Source of the DNA: an uncultured Planctomycetota bacterium
GTDB taxonomy: Bacteria > Planctomycetota > Planctomycetia > Isosphaerales > Isosphaeraceae
DNA: 64,000 nt
Direction of reading: 5' to 3'
NCBI GenBank assembly: GCA_963737655.1
Contig: CAVTTN010000002.1
Span: 6,912,001 to 6,976,000, forward strand
Each line of letters begins with the position of its first letter. Within the stretch, counting starts at the first letter, position 1. The translations under genes and the position numbers were made by a program. Positions 27,675 through 36,996 of the stretch are shown here, piece by piece. Below the pieces are notes generated by a model. That model searched no databases and had not been told where the DNA came from. It worked only from the letters and a program-made list of their open reading frames with translations.

Positions 27675-30284
27675 CTAGTCGAAGTAGTTCGCGCCCCCGG
27701 ACGACGCTCCGCCCGGGTCTTGGTCGTCGAAATAGGAGGCATCGGGTCTCGGCTCCGGCGGCCGGGGCTCCGGGCGGGGCGGGGGAGCCGGCCTCGGGGC
27801 CTCGGGTTCGGGGTCGAGCGCGCCGAAGTAATCGCTGTCCGCCGGGTGCCGGCTCCTCGGGGCCTCGTTGGTTTCGGTCTGGGCCGAGGACGCCGGCCTC
27901 GCTCGTTCCCCGCGACGGCCTCTCAACCACTTGCGGATGGCCCGGATCACCAGCGCCGCGACGATCAGGACTACCGCCAGGCCGGCCAGGAAGTCGCCGC
28001 TGACGAGGAGGCTGCCGATCTCATCCTTCCAGAAGCTCCGAGGCCAGACGACGACCCGCCGGCTATAGGCGCGGCCGATCAAACGATCGTTGGCGTCGGT
28101 CCCGACCAGGGCCAGCCGGGCCACCCGGAGCCGGGGCCTCCGGTCCTCGATCTCCGAGGAGTTCGCGGGGAGGTCCGTGATGTCGATATCGAAGTCGAGG
28201 AACAGGCGGTCCTCGCCCTTCGGCAGATCGAACCCGGAGGACTCTGACTCTTTCGGGGCCCCGCCCTTTTTCGGCTCGGACTTTCCCGCGGTCAACAGGA
28301 CGGTCTGACTCGGATCGTCGGGACTGGCCTGGGCGCGGTTCTGGGAGATCACGTCATTGGAGGAGTCGTGCGTGGCCCCCGACTTCCCCTGCCATTTCAG
28401 GACGTGAATCTTCGGGCTGTCCTTGTCGTTGGGATAGGCGACTTCCCTGGCGGTCAGGGCTTCGTCCGAGTCGGAAGCGAAGAAGAGACCGGTGAAGCTC
28501 AGGCGAAGGTCTTCCCGGGCGGCCAGGCCCAGCCCGAAGCTGTTGGCCTGGTTCGTGCAGACCTCGCTGCCGGCGCCTCCGGGATGCCGAAACTCATGGG
28601 GAGGTTTCGGGCGGGGATCGAAGACGAGCCACCAGGGGGGCACCATGTCGGTGAAGACCTGGATCGTGAGGTCGTCGGAGTCGGTCGCCAGGCTCTCCCC
28701 CTCGATCACCGAGCGGATCACGCACCTCTGGTCCTTGAGGCTCTCGAACCAGTCGGGCGGGGCGCCCGCCTCCGGCTTTTCGACGTCGTTGAGGTCGGGG
28801 TCATCGGCGTGATAGATTCGCACCGAGTAGGTCCCGGTCGCCGTCGCGGACGGCTCGGAGGCGGGCAGGCGGGTCCATCCCCGATATCGCAACGCGCCGG
28901 GGGGGCCTTCGCGGTTCAGGTCGATGAACCCGAGGAATTCTCCGGGGTCGCCGTCCTGGGGCGGGACCTTCATCCTCCGAAGCTCGGCGGCGAGGATCTC
29001 GGGCGGCTCGGCGGCCTTCGCCCCGGCCCGCGGCCGGAACGCGGCGACGACCGAGATGGTTTCGCCCGGGAGGGGCAGGGTCGGCGTGACCGCCAGGCCC
29101 GAGGCGACGGCGCTCTTTGCCGAGGACCGGCTCCTCGGGCCCTCGGCCGGCCTCGCCCGATCGTTGGGCCTCCAGGAGGCGTACGCCTGGATGGTCCCGA
29201 CCCGCAGCAAGGGCGGCAAATAGGTCGTGATGGTGTGGCGGCGGACCCGGACGCGGCCCATCTCCTGGGGGGGCGCTTCCTGGGTCCTCTGGAGGATCAG
29301 GGCGTCGAGCCCGGGGTCGGCCCAGTCTTCGCCCAGCTCGAATTTCGGCTCGCGAGGGACCTGGATCGGGTCCCAGGCCCAGTCCTGAGGCCCGGCGTCC
29401 CCCGGCTTGTTCCGGGAGATCGGGAAGACGACGTCGCTGGGGGCGGTTCGCAGGGGCAAGGGCAGCTTCACGAGCGGGGAGCCGTCCTGGTCGAGTTCGA
29501 GCCACCATCCCGGGTCCAGCTCCGCCTCGGCCGAATCGAGCCCGACTTCCTCGATCACGACGGAGACCTCGGGACTCTGGCCGACTCGCTCCGCCGAACC
29601 CGGCTTCACCTGGACGGTGGACGGCAAGACCCTTCCCCCCGCGATCGTCAGGGTCACCGGCTGTTTGAGGTGGATCTGCTGGCCGTCGTGGAGCCGGTCG
29701 TTGCGGATCTCGAAGATCAGCTCGCCCTCGAAGATCCCGGCGCCGACCGTGGCCAGGAGCTTGTCCGCTCCCCGGAGCGTGAGGCTGAGCTCGCCGCGAT
29801 CGTCGCGACCGAGGCGAGACAGCTCACCGACCACGATCCAACCCTCGCCGGGTCGTCCGGAAGTCTCCAGGACGATGGTGTCGCCCGGGTCGGCGGGGTT
29901 GCCACCCTTGCGGGTCAGCCGGAGAGGGCGGCCGGACGTCTCGAGCCGGAATTCCAGGGACGGTTCCGATTCGCCCGCCGATCGCCCGAGGACCGTGGGC
30001 TCGAACAGGTTCTCGTGGAGGGCCGCGCCGATCGCGATCGGGGGGAAGACCAGTCCGCCTTGATGATCTTTCTTGAAGGTGCCCGATATCTCGCCCGAGC
30101 CGCCGAGAAAATATTTGGCCAGGCCCGAATCAAGGGGCTTGGCGATATCGATCCGATATTCGGGCAATGGAATCGCGGGAATGGAGTCGTCGGCGGCCCC
30201 CGGGGCGACACACATCAGGACGAGGCCGGCCGTCGCGATCGCCCGGAGGGGGAGGGGGCGGGGCTGTCGGCCTGCGGATTTCAT
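27675..30284 (-). CDS. Type I single-pass membrane protein: large extracytoplasmic beta-rich region and a Pro-rich cytoplasmic tail
   Basis: Signal peptide (AIATAGLVLMCVAPGAA), C-terminal TM FLAGLAVVLIVAALVI followed by RAIRKWLR, and a tail with three YF(G/D) motifs. Confidence 0.8.
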   Translation of the reverse strand: MKSAGRQPRPLPLRAIATAGLVLMCVAPGAADDSIPAIPLPEYRIDIAKPLDSGLAKYFLGGSGEISGTFKKDHQGGLVFPPIAIGAALHENLFEPTVLGRSAGESEPSLEFRLETSGRPLRLTRKGGNPADPGDTIVLETSGRPGEGWIVVGELSRLGRDDRGELSLTLRGADKLLATVGAGIFEGELIFEIRNDRLHDGQQIHLKQPVTLTIAGGRVLPSTVQVKPGSAERVGQSPEVSVVIEEVGLDSAEAELDPGWWLELDQDGSPLVKLPLPLRTAPSDVVFPISRNKPGDAGPQDWAWDPIQVPREPKFELGEDWADPGLDALILQRTQEAPPQEMGRVRVRRHTITTYLPPLLRVGTIQAYASWRPNDRARPAEGPRSRSSAKSAVASGLAVTPTLPLPGETISVVAAFRPRAGAKAAEPPEILAAELRRMKVPPQDGDPGEFLGFIDLNREGPPGALRYRGWTRLPASEPSATATGTYSVRIYHADDPDLNDVEKPEAGAPPDWFESLKDQRCVIRSVIEGESLATDSDDLTIQVFTDMVPPWWLVFDPRPKPPHEFRHPGGAGSEVCTNQANSFGLGLAAREDLRLSFTGLFFASDSDEALTAREVAYPNDKDSPKIHVLKWQGKSGATHDSSNDVISQNRAQASPDDPSQTVLLTAGKSEPKKGGAPKESESSGFDLPKGEDRLFLDFDIDITDLPANSSEIEDRRPRLRVARLALVGTDANDRLIGRAYSRRVVVWPRSFWKDEIGSLLVSGDFLAGLAVVLIVAALVIRAIRKWLRGRRGERARPASSAQTETNEAPRSRHPADSDYFGALDPEPEAPRPAPPPRPEPRPPEPRPDASYFDDQDPGGASSGGANYFD

Positions 30285-30583
30285 GGGTGCCGGACCTCCT
30301 ACCCCGCCCGTCAACAACGGCGGCGGGGCGCATCGTCCCGGATCGCCCGGACCCTCCCGAGCGGGGGCCCGTGGCTCGGCCGAGACATCTCGATCCGATC
30401 TTAGAGGCTCTCCGACCCCGAAGCAAGTGTGCACGGGGCGATCGACGGAGGCCCCGAGGCCGGGGCCTCCTGTCCGGGCGGGGTCGTTGCCGGTAGGATG
30501 ATCCGGCCGTCGGCGAACGGCCCCGCCCCGGCCCGAGGCGTCGGGGGCGAGGCCGCTGGCCGCGAGGCGGAAGGAGCGTTCCG

Positions 30584-31843
30584 GTGGCCGCGGCGTACAA
30601 GGGGGTCGACCTGACCCATCCGCTCTGGCTCCTGGCCGAGCCCGCGCGATCGAAGGGAGACCTCGTGCCCTCGACCGGCTCGTCGCCGGGCAAGTGGCCC
30701 ACGACCCCGATTTTCAAGGCCGACCGCGACTTCTGGACCCGGGCCCTGGACGCCCTGACCATCCCCGAGCCGCCCGCCGAGCCGTTCCCCTCGACGCCGA
30801 TCGGCGAGACCATCAAGGAGCTGGTGGCCGGCGGCGGCGGCAGGTTCGCCGAGGCCGTTTTCAACAATCAGGACTTCCCCAATCTCTGGGTCGCGCTGGC
30901 CGTCCCCTATCGGACCCCCCGGCTGATCCTCAAGGACCTGCACCATCTCTTCGGCTCCCGGATTTTGAACCTGGGGATCAAGAAGGAGAAGCTCTCCGTC
31001 GTCGAGGCGCCGGTGGCCCTGGCGACCGAGTTCGCCGCCCAGGAGCAGGAGCAGGGATGGCTCGACGAGCCGACGCCCCTGGTCCTCCTGACCGGCGAGC
31101 CGCCGATGCGCGAGCTGACCGCCGCGACGGTTCGGAGGGCCGAGAAGGCCCTGAGGATCGAGGTGACGGCGCACGCCGTGATCGATCCGGCCGACCCGTC
31201 CGGTTCGCTCTCCCGGTTCGCCGAGGCCCTCCCGGCCGATCGCGCCTCGCGATTGGTCCACCCGGGGATGACCGAGGCAGCCGGCCAGGTGGCCGCCCTC
31301 CTGGGCGATCGGGTCGGGCCGGAGCTCGACCTCCAGGCCCATGCCGTGGCCGTTGGCGCCGTCCGCTACGGGCTGCTTTTGGAGAAGCAACCCTCGTTGA
31401 ACAAGCCGATCAGCCAGGTCGAAGTGAAGCGGATCGCACCGTGGGCGATCGGCGTCCTCGGGACCAATCGCTCCGGGGACTTCTGGTGCTGGAGGCGGCT
31501 GATCGAGCGGGGGGCGGCCATCTCCGCCGAGCCGGCGTTGCTCCCGATCCTGGCCCGGCGATCGACCATCGAACCGCTGGTCCTGGCCGAATGCGACCGG
31601 CCCGATCACGCCGAACGCCTCTGGATCGCCCGGAAGGACACGCTTTCCCCGCCGGATGAGGCCCGGCGCCGGGACTGGGCCTCCGCCGGCCTGCGATGGC
31701 ACGACGTGGACGCCCGGGTCGAGATCCCCTCGTCGCCCGCCTTCCAGTGGAGGCATTCGTTCCTCGACCGAAGTCGATGGAATCCCCGATGCGAATGCGT
31801 CTCGTGGAAGGTCGTGGCGGCCGACTCGGACGCCGATCCGTGA
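30584..31843 (+). CDS. Degenerate Hsp70-like protein (probably inactive)
   Basis: Collinear Hsp70-like segments VALAVPY, VVEAPVALA, VLLTG, AVAVGAVRYG, VKRIAPWAIGV, RLIERGAAI. The phosphate-1 and phosphate-2 loops are absent. AAGGAG lies upstream of the GTG. Confidence 0.6.
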   Translation: MAAAYKGVDLTHPLWLLAEPARSKGDLVPSTGSSPGKWPTTPIFKADRDFWTRALDALTIPEPPAEPFPSTPIGETIKELVAGGGGRFAEAVFNNQDFPNLWVALAVPYRTPRLILKDLHHLFGSRILNLGIKKEKLSVVEAPVALATEFAAQEQEQGWLDEPTPLVLLTGEPPMRELTAATVRRAEKALRIEVTAHAVIDPADPSGSLSRFAEALPADRASRLVHPGMTEAAGQVAALLGDRVGPELDLQAHAVAVGAVRYGLLLEKQPSLNKPISQVEVKRIAPWAIGVLGTNRSGDFWCWRRLIERGAAISAEPALLPILARRSTIEPLVLAECDRPDHAERLWIARKDTLSPPDEARRRDWASAGLRWHDVDARVEIPSSPAFQWRHSFLDRSRWNPRCECVSWKVVAADSDADP

Positions 31844-31945
31844 TCGAATTCGCTGGATTCGTCGCCCGGGGCGCGTTAGAAGGGGATCCTCTCGCCGGCC
31901 CGGTCCTCGGCCGGGCGGTGACGTGACCCGGAACGAGGCAGTGCG

Positions 31946-32590
31946 ATGGCCGCGAGCGGGCGTCCGCCGGTTTCGGGGTTCGCCGCCCCTCCCCGGGCCT
32001 TCACGATCTGGCCGGGCCTCGCCGCCTCGGCGGTCGTCGCGGCGGGCCTGATCGCCCTGGAGTTCCTCCCCTCCGCGCCTCGCCTGCTGATCCACATGGG
32101 CTCCGGAGCGATGGCGCTGGCCCATGCGATGGCGGCCTTCGCCCTGGTCACCCTGATCGGGGAGGCGATGGTCCTCTCGCTCTGGGAGAATTCGCTCGCC
32201 GAACTCCGCGAACAACTGGAGGAGAGGCGGGGGCGGACCCGGCTCTTCTTCGAGACCGAGGACCCCGCCGAGCCGTCCCCGGACGAGATCGCCGGGGCCG
32301 GCCGGGTGTTCGATCGAGGCCGCCGTTCCCTGCTCCGGCTCTGCACGGTGCCGGCCTACCTCGGCCCGATGATCGGGTTCGTCCGGTCGGTCCGGGCCGC
32401 CGGATTCTCCACCCTGGAGCAGGGGCTTCCCCTCTTCGTCTCGCTGGTCGAGGCGGGGTTGGTGGTGATGCTGGGCCTGGGGGTCTCCCATTCGGGACGG
32501 GCCGTCCGCCTCGGCTGGCAAGCCCTGATGACCGGGCAGGACCAGGCCGCCGCCTTCGCCGGGCCCCGAGGACCGGAGCGACCCCGATGA
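31946..32590 (+). CDS. Multi-pass membrane protein with a weak MotA/TolQ/ExbB-like C-terminal helical hairpin
   Basis: Two N-terminal TMs, a cytoplasmic linker, then CTVPAYLGPMIGFV...GLPLFVSLVEAGLVVMLGL. Confidence 0.55.
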   Translation: MAASGRPPVSGFAAPPRAFTIWPGLAASAVVAAGLIALEFLPSAPRLLIHMGSGAMALAHAMAAFALVTLIGEAMVLSLWENSLAELREQLEERRGRTRLFFETEDPAEPSPDEIAGAGRVFDRGRRSLLRLCTVPAYLGPMIGFVRSVRAAGFSTLEQGLPLFVSLVEAGLVVMLGLGVSHSGRAVRLGWQALMTGQDQAAAFAGPRGPERPR

Positions 32591-34470
32591 TCGCCGAGAG
32601 CCGAGGGCTGGTCCTCTGGGCGGGGTACGCCCTCGCCCTCCTCGCCGCCTTCTTCGCCACGGCCGCGTCACGATCTCGCCCCAACACGCCGACGACCACG
32701 CCCCCGCCCCCCGCGCCCTCCACCGAGACGACGGCCCCGACGCCCGAGCCGGCCCCGGTCGTCCCCTCGCCCGAGTCTCCCCGGGTCCCGTCCCTGACCG
32801 CGACCTCGGAGACGACCGCCGATGGCCGGGGCCTGCTCGTCCGCTTCGCCCTCGACGCCCCGGCGCCTCGCGACCTGGAGATCCCCTTCACCCTGGAGAC
32901 CGGCCCGGCCCGGCCCGACCGGGAGTTCCGGGCCTCCTCGAAGTCCCCGGTGAGGATCGCCCGGGGGGATCGCGAAGCCGTCCTCTCGCTGACGGCGATC
33001 CCCCCCGATCGGCCGGCTCCCGGGGCCTCGAGGCGCCGGACGACCGAGGTCCGGCTGGACCTTGCCGCACCGACTTCGGGCGGCTACTCGCTGGCCGAGG
33101 ACTCGGCCCGATCCTGGCGGCTGCCGATCTCCATCGACGAGCCCATCCCGACCTACTCGCTCCGCAAGATCATGCCGACCAGCTCGGCCTTCCTCCAGGC
33201 CGACGCCCGGAAGGGCGAGACGATCGACATCGCCTTCGAGATCGACCGGCCCCCGGTCGATCAGGCGGTCTCGATCCCGTTCCAACTGCTCGGGACGGCG
33301 ATCGGGGCGAACGGCCCGGGCCGGGCGGACTTCGAGATCGTCGATCCGCCTCGCGGCGGGCGTCTGGAATTCGATCCCGGGGGCGGCGGGACGGCCCATC
33401 TGAAGCTCCGCCGCCTGCCCGGAGACCGAGGGCTGGGAGACCGGACGATCCGGGTCGAGGTCTTGCCCGAACCGAGCGGCCGGGTGGTCCTGGGTCCGGG
33501 CGTGGATCGCTCGATCCCGATCCTCGTGCCCGATCCCCGTCCCACGTTCGTTCGATGGCAGGTGACGACGGCCGAGGCCCCGGGTGCGGAGGGCCCGTTG
33601 TCCCTCCTGGTGACCGTGACGATGGCCCCGCCGAGCAGCCAGCAGGTGGATTTTCGGTTCGAGGTCGGCGCCGGCCCGGCGTCTCCGAGGAAACCGTGGG
33701 TGATCCCGGTCCCGCCGTCGCCCGACCCCTGGTCCGAACGCGAGCGAACGGCGGTCGGGCGGATCCAGGCCGACCCGCTTCGCCGGGTGACGATCCGGGC
33801 CGGGAAGCCGCCGGAATTCGAGAAGACGGTCCGGCTCTCTGCCGACGCGGCCAACCCCGTCGCCTCGGGGCCGATCGAGACGACGTTCCCGCTGCCTTGC
33901 GCAAGCCTCGCGACACTCGGGGGGCGGGCCCTGATGGTCCTGGTCCTCACCCACGGCGTCGGCGAGGCCGAATTCGACGCGATCGCCGCCCTCCAGGAGG
34001 GCCCGGAGGGGCGCGAATCGCTCGTCAACGGCACCGTCTTCGTGCTCGACGCCACCGACTCGCTCGTCTCGTTCGACCGCGAGACGGTCGGTTCGCTCAA
34101 GAAGTTCAAACCGGCCAAGCTCAAGTTTGTCCTCACCGGCGACTCCCGGACCGTGCTCGGAGCGCTCTCCGGCCACCTCGCGCCGGGGGCCTCCGGGAAG
34201 TCGGTCAAGGCGATCCTCCTCCGGGACCTCGGTTCGGCGGATGCTTCGGAGATCCAGGAGGGGTTTCGAAACGGCCTGTCCGGGCCGGACTGGACGATCT
34301 TCTGGATCGACCGGGCCGCCGATCCGGCCCTGGAGACGACGCTCGGGAAGGCCCTCGCGGGCCGCCGACCGCCCAATCCCGCGACCGGGGATTCTCCCCC
34401 GGGCGGCCCGACCCTGAAGGTCCTCCGGGGAGAGATCCGCGGTCCATTGTCCGAGTTCCTGAGAAAATGA
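32587..34470 (+). CDS. N-terminally anchored extracytoplasmic protein with Calx-beta-like beta-sandwich repeats
   Basis: N-terminal TM, Pro/Thr linker, then repeats VRFALDAPAPRDLEIPFTLETGPA..DREF..VRIARGDREAVLSL and IAFEIDRPPVDQAVSIPFQLLGTA..ADF..RLEFDPG. ATGA coupling with the upstream gene. Confidence 0.7.
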   Translation: MIAESRGLVLWAGYALALLAAFFATAASRSRPNTPTTTPPPPAPSTETTAPTPEPAPVVPSPESPRVPSLTATSETTADGRGLLVRFALDAPAPRDLEIPFTLETGPARPDREFRASSKSPVRIARGDREAVLSLTAIPPDRPAPGASRRRTTEVRLDLAAPTSGGYSLAEDSARSWRLPISIDEPIPTYSLRKIMPTSSAFLQADARKGETIDIAFEIDRPPVDQAVSIPFQLLGTAIGANGPGRADFEIVDPPRGGRLEFDPGGGGTAHLKLRRLPGDRGLGDRTIRVEVLPEPSGRVVLGPGVDRSIPILVPDPRPTFVRWQVTTAEAPGAEGPLSLLVTVTMAPPSSQQVDFRFEVGAGPASPRKPWVIPVPPSPDPWSERERTAVGRIQADPLRRVTIRAGKPPEFEKTVRLSADAANPVASGPIETTFPLPCASLATLGGRALMVLVLTHGVGEAEFDAIAALQEGPEGRESLVNGTVFVLDATDSLVSFDRETVGSLKKFKPAKLKFVLTGDSRTVLGALSGHLAPGASGKSVKAILLRDLGSADASEIQEGFRNGLSGPDWTIFWIDRAADPALETTLGKALAGRRPPNPATGDSPPGGPTLKVLRGEIRGPLSEFLRK

Positions 34471-34564
34471 TCCGACGAGGGCCTCGATCGGGCGCGATCG
34501 GGCACCATAGGATATGTTTGCGAGGATTCCCATGACCGCCGATTCGCTCCCCCGAGGGGGACTC

Positions 34565-35742
34565 ATGCTCCCGTCCCGTCGCCTTCTCCTGGTGGCCCTG
34601 GCGGCCACGATCGTCGGCTCGGCGGCGGCCCGGGGCGCGGACCCCACCTGGTATGGCGGGATCGAGCTCGGGTCCAAGGGCATCAAGCTCGTGGCCCTGC
34701 CGATCGACGACCAGGGCCGCCCCGGCCTCGGCCGATCGACCACCCTGGTGGACAACGTGACGCTCGGGGGCCCGTTGAAGGACGGGGGGTTCTCGGAAGA
34801 CGTCCTGGAGGACGCCCACGACTCCGTGAAGAAGTTCTACGACCAGCTCACCAGGACGGGCGAGGGGGACCGGCCGGCGATCCCCCCCGAGCGCATCTGG
34901 ATCGTGGCCAGCAGCGGACTGGTGGCCAGCAAGGCCAACAACATGGACGCCCTGAAGGACGCCGTCCGCCGCGCCTCCGGCGGCCACAAGGAGCTCCAGA
35001 GCATCTCGACCCGTCGCGAGGTCGAGCTGGAGATCCGGGCGCGGTCCCCCGAGACCAGTGGGGCAACGCGATCCTGGTGGACATCGGCAACGGCAACACC
35101 AAGTTCGGGGTGATCGAGCCGGCCAGCCCGCCCCTGGTCGAGTCGGTGTTCGTCCCCCGCCTGGACCTGATGGGGACCGGACGGGTCCGCGACGAGGTCG
35201 AGGGGATCCTGAACGCCCGGGGCAAGGGGAACGACTTCCCGTTCTTCTGCCGGCTCCTCAAGGAGCGGGGCGAAGACCTCCGGACCCGGATCGCCGAGCC
35301 GACCCTCCGCCATCCCAGCCTGGCCAACCCGGCGAGGAAGCGGGTCTATCTTTGCGGAGGGGCGCCGTACCTGATCGCCTGCCACCTGGCGCCGGCGCAA
35401 ATGATCGATCGCTCGACGGTGGAGGTCTCGTTCAGCTCCCAGCAGTTGAAGCAGATGGTCAAGGCGATCCTGGAGACCGAGAGGGTCGATTCGCCCGCGC
35501 TGGCGGCGGCCTCCGGTCCGGATCGCCTTCGTCTGGAGGCCTTCCTCCGCCGCGTCAAGGACATCCACGGCGATCGGAATATCTTGATCGGCCTGGAGAT
35601 CCTCCTGGCGTTCGACGACGCCCTGGAGTGGGACAAGAATGACAAGGAGCTCATCTTCACCAACGCCGGGCTCGTCGCCTGGCTGATCGGCTTCGTCGCC
35701 GAAGAGCGGGCCAGGACGGCCCCCGGGTCCACCCGGCCCTGA
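34565..35742 (+). CDS. Exported Ppx/GppA-like ASKHA-fold protein, paralogue 1 (apparent -1 frameshift near 35040)
   Basis: Signal MLPSRRLLLVALAATIVGSAAARG-AD, then YGGIELGSKGIK, WIVASSGL, and ILVDIGNGNTKFG and YLCGGAPY in the next frame. Confidence 0.8.
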
Positions 35743-35767
35743 TTCCTATCGTCGAAAGAGGCCTCTC

Positions 35768-36970
35768 ATGATCCGCTTCGGTATGCTCCGTCCGGCCGCT
35801 CGGGGCCTGGGCCTCGCCATAGCCCTCGTGATCTCCGGCGCCTCCCCGTCCGGGGCGGCCGACCCGGCCCGCTACGGCGGGATCGAGGTCGGGTCCAAGG
35901 GGATCAAGGCGGTGGTCGTCGAGGTCGATCCCGCCTCCGGGGCCGTCAAGACCCTGATGGAAGGGAACACCAACACGTCCCTGGCCCAGGACGTGAACAA
36001 GTCCGGGGTCTTCGCCGCCGACGCGATCGAGGAGACCGCCGAGGCCGTCGGCAAGTTCGCCTCGCGAATCAAGGACGAATTCCACGTCCCGACCGACCGG
36101 ATCGCCCTGATCGGCAGCAGCGGATTGCCCAAAGCGACCAACCGCGACGCGATGGCCCAGGCCGTGGCATCGGCCGCGGGGCTGCCCGCGATGACGATCC
36201 TCTCGCCCGATCAGGAGGTCCTCTACTCGATCAAGGGACTCTTCGAGGCCCAGGCGGACCGCGACAAGGCGCTCCTGGTCGATATCGGCAGCGGCAACAC
36301 CAAGGGCGGCTTCCTCCAGGGGCCGGGCGTCGTGAGGTTCGAGGTCCCCCTGGGCAGCGTCACGTTCGAGAATCGCGCCTCGGCCGAGGCCGCCAAGGAC
36401 ATGAAGGAGTTCGCCGAGACCGCCGCGAAGCTCCGGGACGCGGAGCTCGTCCCGACGCTCCGCAAGCAGGTCGCCGACCATCCCGAGCTGGCCCGGAGGA
36501 GCGAGGTCGTCCTCACCGGGGGCGCGGCCTACGCGATGGCCACGCTGCTGAAGCCCGAGCAGATCCAGGCGGAGACCGTCCTGCTGACCGCCCAGGACAT
36601 CGCCCGGTACGCCGAGCTCGTCCACAAGCCCAAGATCGAGGCCGCCGGCCCCCCGCCCGGGCCGGGCACCCCGGCCGAGAAGGAGGTCCGCAAGGTCCTG
36701 GACACCTTCTCTTCCAAGAACCTGATCGCCGGGTCGGAGATCCTCTCCGCCCAGGTCACGGCGCTCCAGCTCGAAGGCAAGACCCTCCGGTTCGACCGCC
36801 GGGGGCTGATGGCCCTGATCCGAGGCAAGGTCCTGGAGCAGGTCGAGGCGGACCGCAAGTCCTCGGTCAAGGGAGAGGATCCCAGGCCGCCGACCCCGAC
36901 CAATGACCCCGGAACCCTGCCGACCCTGCCCGCCCCCTCGAAGTCGCTGCCCGGGACCTCCGTGAAGTGA
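35768..36970 (+). CDS. Exported Ppx/GppA-like ASKHA-fold protein, paralogue 2
   Basis: Signal peptide, then YGGIEVGSKGIK, LIGSSGL, DQEVLY, LLVDIGSGNTKGG, PLGSV and VVLTGGAAY. Confidence 0.85.
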   Translation: MIRFGMLRPAARGLGLAIALVISGASPSGAADPARYGGIEVGSKGIKAVVVEVDPASGAVKTLMEGNTNTSLAQDVNKSGVFAADAIEETAEAVGKFASRIKDEFHVPTDRIALIGSSGLPKATNRDAMAQAVASAAGLPAMTILSPDQEVLYSIKGLFEAQADRDKALLVDIGSGNTKGGFLQGPGVVRFEVPLGSVTFENRASAEAAKDMKEFAETAAKLRDAELVPTLRKQVADHPELARRSEVVLTGGAAYAMATLLKPEQIQAETVLLTAQDIARYAELVHKPKIEAAGPPPGPGTPAEKEVRKVLDTFSSKNLIAGSEILSAQVTALQLEGKTLRFDRRGLMALIRGKVLEQVEADRKSSVKGEDPRPPTPTNDPGTLPTLPAPSKSLPGTSVK

Positions 36971-36996
36971 CCCGGCCCGTGGGCGAGGTCCGGGCC

